A DNA stretch of 64,000 nt. Source: the human T2T-CHM13v2.0 reference genome, Homo sapiens. Below the pieces are notes generated by a model. That model searched no databases, was not told the DNA's origin, and saw nothing but the letters and a program-made list of their open reading frames with translations. How positions within the stretch are numbered: position 1 is the first letter of the stretch; each line of letters opens with the position of its first letter. Where the stretch lies: the NCBI RefSeq assembly GCF_009914755.1, contig NC_060942.1, one strand, 5' to 3'. The position numbers and the translations under genes were made by a program. Shown here in pieces: positions 58,631 through 64,000 of this stretch.

Positions 58631-60522
58631 CTATGACCAAACACTCTATTTAGGGGAAAGATGTTCAGACATAATTCTTACCTTCTGCGATTTCCCATCC
58701 ACATTCATTACACTTGTAATCCGATTACTCAAAGCTCCACTTTGCTCTTGTGGTCAGCAAGATCAAAACTATCAGACAGACTAGACAAACTTTAGAAAAC
58801 ACAGCACTGGGAGTTGGGATAAAGAGCTGGATTTCAGCAGGGACTCTGCAGTGACCAGTTCTCTGGTCTGAGCAAGTCACTGGCCTCTCCGTACTCATTT
58901 TTGTGAACTACGAAATAAGCAAGTTTGATTTCCATTCTTGGAAATAGGGCAGGCTAGTATATTTGGACAACTCTCCCACAGAAAACTAAAAATGATGGAT
59001 AACAGTTTTTTGAAAAATTTTAAAATACTGAGCAGACAAGATAACAAGGAATCAGGGAGCCAAAATCAAAGTGAAGGCTGGAACCCAGGGAAGAAGAAAA
59101 CACATTTTTTGCCCTGGGGACATCTGTCAGCCTTGAAAATGTAATGGCCTCTTGAGTCAAGGAGAACAGAAGTGAAAACCCAAGACATACCCCAAAGTCA
59201 GTATTCTAACAGAAGATAAGGGGATGATAGTATTTGCAAGATTAAGGAGTTATTGTTAAAGTAAATGAATTAACTAACATTTGTTAAACACTTAGGAAAG
59301 TACTTGATCCGTAGTAAATATCTACCATAGTCACCAGTATTTATCATGAGTGCCTAATTTAATAATACCCTCCAATATCTAAGAAAATCTGAGCCTTACA
59401 TTTTTATGACTCCTTGTTCTGCTAAACAGGTCAGTGATTTTTAAATACTCTCCTGGATCTTAGAAACACCCAAAACGTTTAGGTTAAACAATCCTACCTT
59501 CTCCGTGACCCTGTATAACACTATCAGAGTAAGAATTCAGTAAGCATTAGATTTATTCAGTGGCTTAGTTTACCATTAGAGTATTCTCTTTATATCTCAG
59601 TGTACTTCTATGTGTAATACACAAATGACATGTTGTCAGAAGTTATGTATGCTGATCAGAGTCCCAAGCTAAGAACACAGACTAAATACCATGTAACTTT
59701 CAGCTTGATTTGAAATAAACAAGTATGAAAGTTACCTAGATTGATTTGACGTAGAGCTGTGTAGTTGTCCTTTCTATACTCTGAGCCTACAACATGCCAA
59801 TCACCCAGGACCCTAGAGTTTTATGAAATTAGAAAAATGCCTGAAATGGTATTTTGCATTGCTCTAAGTCTACAGATTCCTGCTCTTGTGGAAATATATT
59901 GATTTCTTAATAAAAATTTCAACACATTCAGAATGCGTTCAGAGATAGGATGTCAAGTTCTTCCAGGAAAGATAATCATTCTGAAACACAATGAAGTCTA
60001 CACTGCCTCAAAACCTTCTTCCTGCAACAACAGACACTATTAAATATCCTCTACACCATTATGGAGACTCACAGACTGCGTACATCTGTGGCTCCTACTA
60101 ATTTCCTAGTCCAGGAAGAACCCTTGGCTGAGCCCTCACACAAACTGAGATGGCATATGCTCTCCGTCAGTGCCAGATGAATTTAGAGTTCAAAATATTT
60201 CATCAGCAAAGAGCGTGTTAAGGATGTGCACATTTTCATTAGCACCCAGTATAATAAGAGCTCTAAGTAGAGTAATTTGAAGTCAAATTTGAGTACTATT
60301 ACAGACATAGGAAGAGTTGAGGAGATTCAAATATTGACAGATGATGTCCACACAAGCATGATTGTTTCTGTTTTCTATTAGACATAAGAAATGGTGCTTC
60401 AGAATGAGTGATCTGGGCACTAACAAGAAACTCGACAAGAAGCTTCCAGCACTTCCCAAATCTGACTAAGCAAAGGATGAGGGTTGTGTCAATGCTTCCC
60501 ACACAAATGTTAAGATGTGTCA

Positions 60523-60885
60523 GGCCAGGTGCGATGGCTCACGCCTATAATCCCAGCACTTTGGGAAGCCGAGGCAGGTGGATTATGATTTGATTACTCA
60601 AAGCTCTACTTTGCTTATGTGGACAGCAATCAAAACTATCAGACTAGAAAAAGTGAGGCCAAGAGTTCGAGATCAGCCTGGGCAACATGGTAAAACCCAT
60701 CTCTACTAAAAACACAAAAATTAGCTGGGCATGGTGGTGCACACTTGTAGTCCCAGCTACTCAAGAGGCTGAGGCACTAGAATCACATGAACCCAGAAGA
60801 TGGAGGCTGCAGTGATCCAAGATTGTGCCACTGCACTCCAGCCTCGGTGACTGAGCAAGACTCTGTCTCAAAAAAAAAAAAAAAA
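60523..60885 (+). mobile_element. Alu (old, AluJb/Sz-like) interrupted by ~70 bp of non-Alu sequence at ~60584-60653
   Basis: ...GGCAGGTGGAT|insert|TGAGGCCAAGAGTTCGAG...; TSD AAGAT(GT/AA)GTCA. Confidence 0.95.
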
Positions 60886-63844
60886 GATAAGTCAAATATA
60901 AAGAATACAGACCTGGGCTTTCCATTTTCAGATGACTGCTGTCAACCCTGGCTTTCTCAGAGCTAATGGATTTCCTAACCAAATAAATCTGAAACTCAAA
61001 GGTCAAGCATGAGATCATCTTAGAGTATTTTTCATATGATAAGAAAAGTTAAAGGGTAGATATGCTGGTGAGAAAGTATAGTAGGAAAAAAGTGTTCGCA
61101 GACAATTACTGCAATATTTTAGCCTTAATTAACATCCAACTTAAACTTCCATTAATAAGTCCTTTAAAACAGTATTATTTTCCTTAAGTTCAAAATAACC
61201 TGTTTTTCAAAAATGAACACTACATTTCTGCTGCTTAAGATATGGAGTTAATTCCATTGTGTGCTGTCATAAACAGGGAAAGCATCTTCCTATAACATAA
61301 AATTCAGATAATGAGAAAGTAACAAAATGAAGTGGGTAACTGTTATGTTACAAATATGTCAGTGGTGTTCCTTATATTGAAACTCAGAAATCTTTTTGAA
61401 GCTCAAGGTGGTAAACAGTTACATTATGCAACTGAACCAAACGTACATTGAAGCCTTTATATTAATTTATATATTTGGAGGTGTCAACGATCATCTAACT
61501 TGAATTATACCCTAGCTTGAATATATAATGTGAAATGCTGAGAGATGAGTGCCATTTAGCAACCTTTCAAGTGTATGGGACTGGCTAGCTGGGGTCTTCC
61601 TCTTGAAGAGAAGTTAGTCGTTTGGGGATCCTACCTTTTAAAGCAATATCCTACAAATAAGAGCCATGAATAACTCAAGCAAGAGTATAACGTGAACTAT
61701 ATATACCTTCTTTGACTTTTCGAAATGTGACCAATCTAAAAGCACTTAAAAATCAGTCTTAACTAAGACAGTTTTCTTGGAGAGTAAACATTGCGAATTG
61801 CGTGAGAATAACAATTGGAAGTAAGTTACCATATCTGAAGACTTTGAAAAAAAAATCAAAGTACCATCTAACTTCAACATTACACAGATAAGTTTCAAAG
61901 TACTTAAATAAATGTGAAAATATTGCAAGGAAGTTTTTAAGTAGGTGTTTGGCACCTCCTAAAGACATATCACCTTCTAAAGATATATCACAGAGTGCAA
62001 GAAATAAAAGGTAGATACTTTAGAAAACAAAGTGTTAAACAACTAAGGAATACATTTAAGAATATGCTTCATTTCCTAATAAAACTGAATATATACCTCT
62101 GATAATGTCTACATGTAATTACATGTGTATTTTTCAAACCATACATGTAATATTTATAGTGCAAAATCCATAATATTGTAATGACTTCAGATATACAAAC
62201 TGGTATTTAAAATGCCTATTTGGTAAATAATTTATTGAATTTATTCTTGGGAGAGGTTAGCCAACATGAAACATGGAACTGTTTCCTCTTTTCTTCTTTT
62301 CTTTCCTGATACCTCTTTTCTCCCGAGGGTGCCATTTGTGAGGTTCTGAGAAGGGGAGGCTGGCTTAATTGAAATATCTGTAGGCTGTAATTGCTCTGCC
62401 TAACCACAATGGTCTACTTCTCCCAAACGGCATTCTTTCCTCTTGCTTTCTCCTTTTTCTTCTATTTCCTTTTATACTTTAACAAAATCTACTTCTCCTG
62501 TTTGTTTTATTGTCATTTCCTATTCCAGATGCTTGACTAATATTGGTGAAGTCAATAGTTTTACATATTCAAAACTCCTCCCTAAAATCCAGTTTTCCAC
62601 CACAACCCCTTTTGCTTAAAATACTCACTCCCATAAACTGATTTTCATTTTACCCTTTCAACATGGCAATCCTTCCACCTATGTTTAACACTGCAGCCTA
62701 TGACCTGGCAATGACAAATGATCAATCTTGCATGTTATCTTCAGGGGTCATGTCTTAGTTTTAGGCCAATTTTCTCTGTACTTAGGCTCAAATGTGCAAA
62801 CCACACTATATTACTCTGCAAAACATCAATGAGAAGGCTTAATTAAGTAACACTGACAGATAAATCCATTTCTTTCATAGTAATCAAATCAAAGCAGGTT
62901 GACATAACACAGGAACTTAATGCAGTTATTCCCTTGTAATTGGAAAAAGGCCCTTTACTTCTCATTAAAGCAATCTTCTGGGTACTGGCATAATAAGGAG
63001 GCTCAGAGCTTTAATACTGCCCTATAAAAGTCTCAAGATACAGACCCCTTAAGCAAACAAGCCAGATTATCTAATTCCTTGATCACAGCAGAACACGCAG
63101 TTCCTACTGTTTTAAACTACTAATTCTTTATCTCTCCTACAATTAAAAAGAGGTAAATTAGTATCAAACACATATAATGAAAATCTGTAAAAATGCATAA
63201 ACTGTTTACAGTTGTATAAATCTACCTCCACATGTATTTGAAGGGAAGCAGTCTATTAAAATGAATTTGAAATACTTTACACATCTGAAATTGTAATAGC
63301 TTGGATCACGGGAAAATCTATTTTACTCCATGGGCTCAATAGGACATGTATTGCCTAAATTTACAGTGTGATACTTAACCATACAGTACAACCTTGTTCA
63401 TCAGAATTGTAAGAGAATGAAAGTTTTAGTAAAGCATTTAATTTTTGTGGTACGAAAAAAATATTAAGTCATCCGGTCAACTGTAGGCTGCTCTTATTCA
63501 TCTAAACTCCAGAAAAAATGCGACAATATTATACCATGTTCATATCCCCAAACTAAATAAAATAAATTTCCACTCTTTCAATTCCAATTTTGAGGGTGTT
63601 TCTATTACTTATTTATTGGTACCTGACCAATCTTGAAATGATTCCAGCAACTCTTTCTAAAAGGATAATTTATAATCTAGGCACTACATGGTGATCTCCA
63701 AATGGTGGCTGACCACCCAAATACTCCAAGGAACCTCATAAAAAACACAGATATCCTAACCCCACCTGGGAACTGATCAAGAAAAGATCAAGGGTTGAAG
63801 TCAAGGAAAATGTATAATTTTTTCATTCTTCCCATATTTTACAT

Positions 63845-64000
63845 TTTTATTTTTTTTAAGTTTTGGGGTTTTTGTTTGTTTTGTTTGTTTGTTTTTGAGA
63901 CAGGGTCTCGTTCTGTCACACAGGCTGGAGTCCAGTGGCACAAACACAGCTCACCACAGCCGCAACCTCCTAGGCTTAGGAGATCCTCCCAATTCAGCCT
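63845..64000 (-). mobile_element. Alu (AluJ-like), cut by the window edge
   Basis: (TTTG)n tail then GAGACAGGGTCTCG...CAGGCTGGAG. Confidence 0.93.

Overview
AT-rich primate (most likely human) genomic DNA with no credible protein-coding sequence: every ORF in the track is short and is explained by Alu, THE1, simple repeats or chance. The window reads as intronic or intergenic. It holds about 18 Alu copies or fragments, a THE1 solo LTR, MER20/MER5 DNA transposon fossils, MIR/L2/CR1/L1 remnants, several microsatellites and a 33-nt U2 snRNA retro-fragment with a clean target-site duplication (TSD). An Alu-free zone (~1.1-18.5 kb) contains a near-consensus CTCF site (~4.54 kb) and a CpG-retaining block (~11.2-13.1 kb) that looks like a developmental enhancer next to an alternative promoter or non-coding exon of a minus-strand gene. 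I could not identify that gene. The most unusual sequence-level signals are two Alus that each carry an internal copy of nearby non-Alu DNA (118 bp at 117/118 identity; ~60 bp, older) and a third spaced doublet. I found no evidence of a new multi-gene system.
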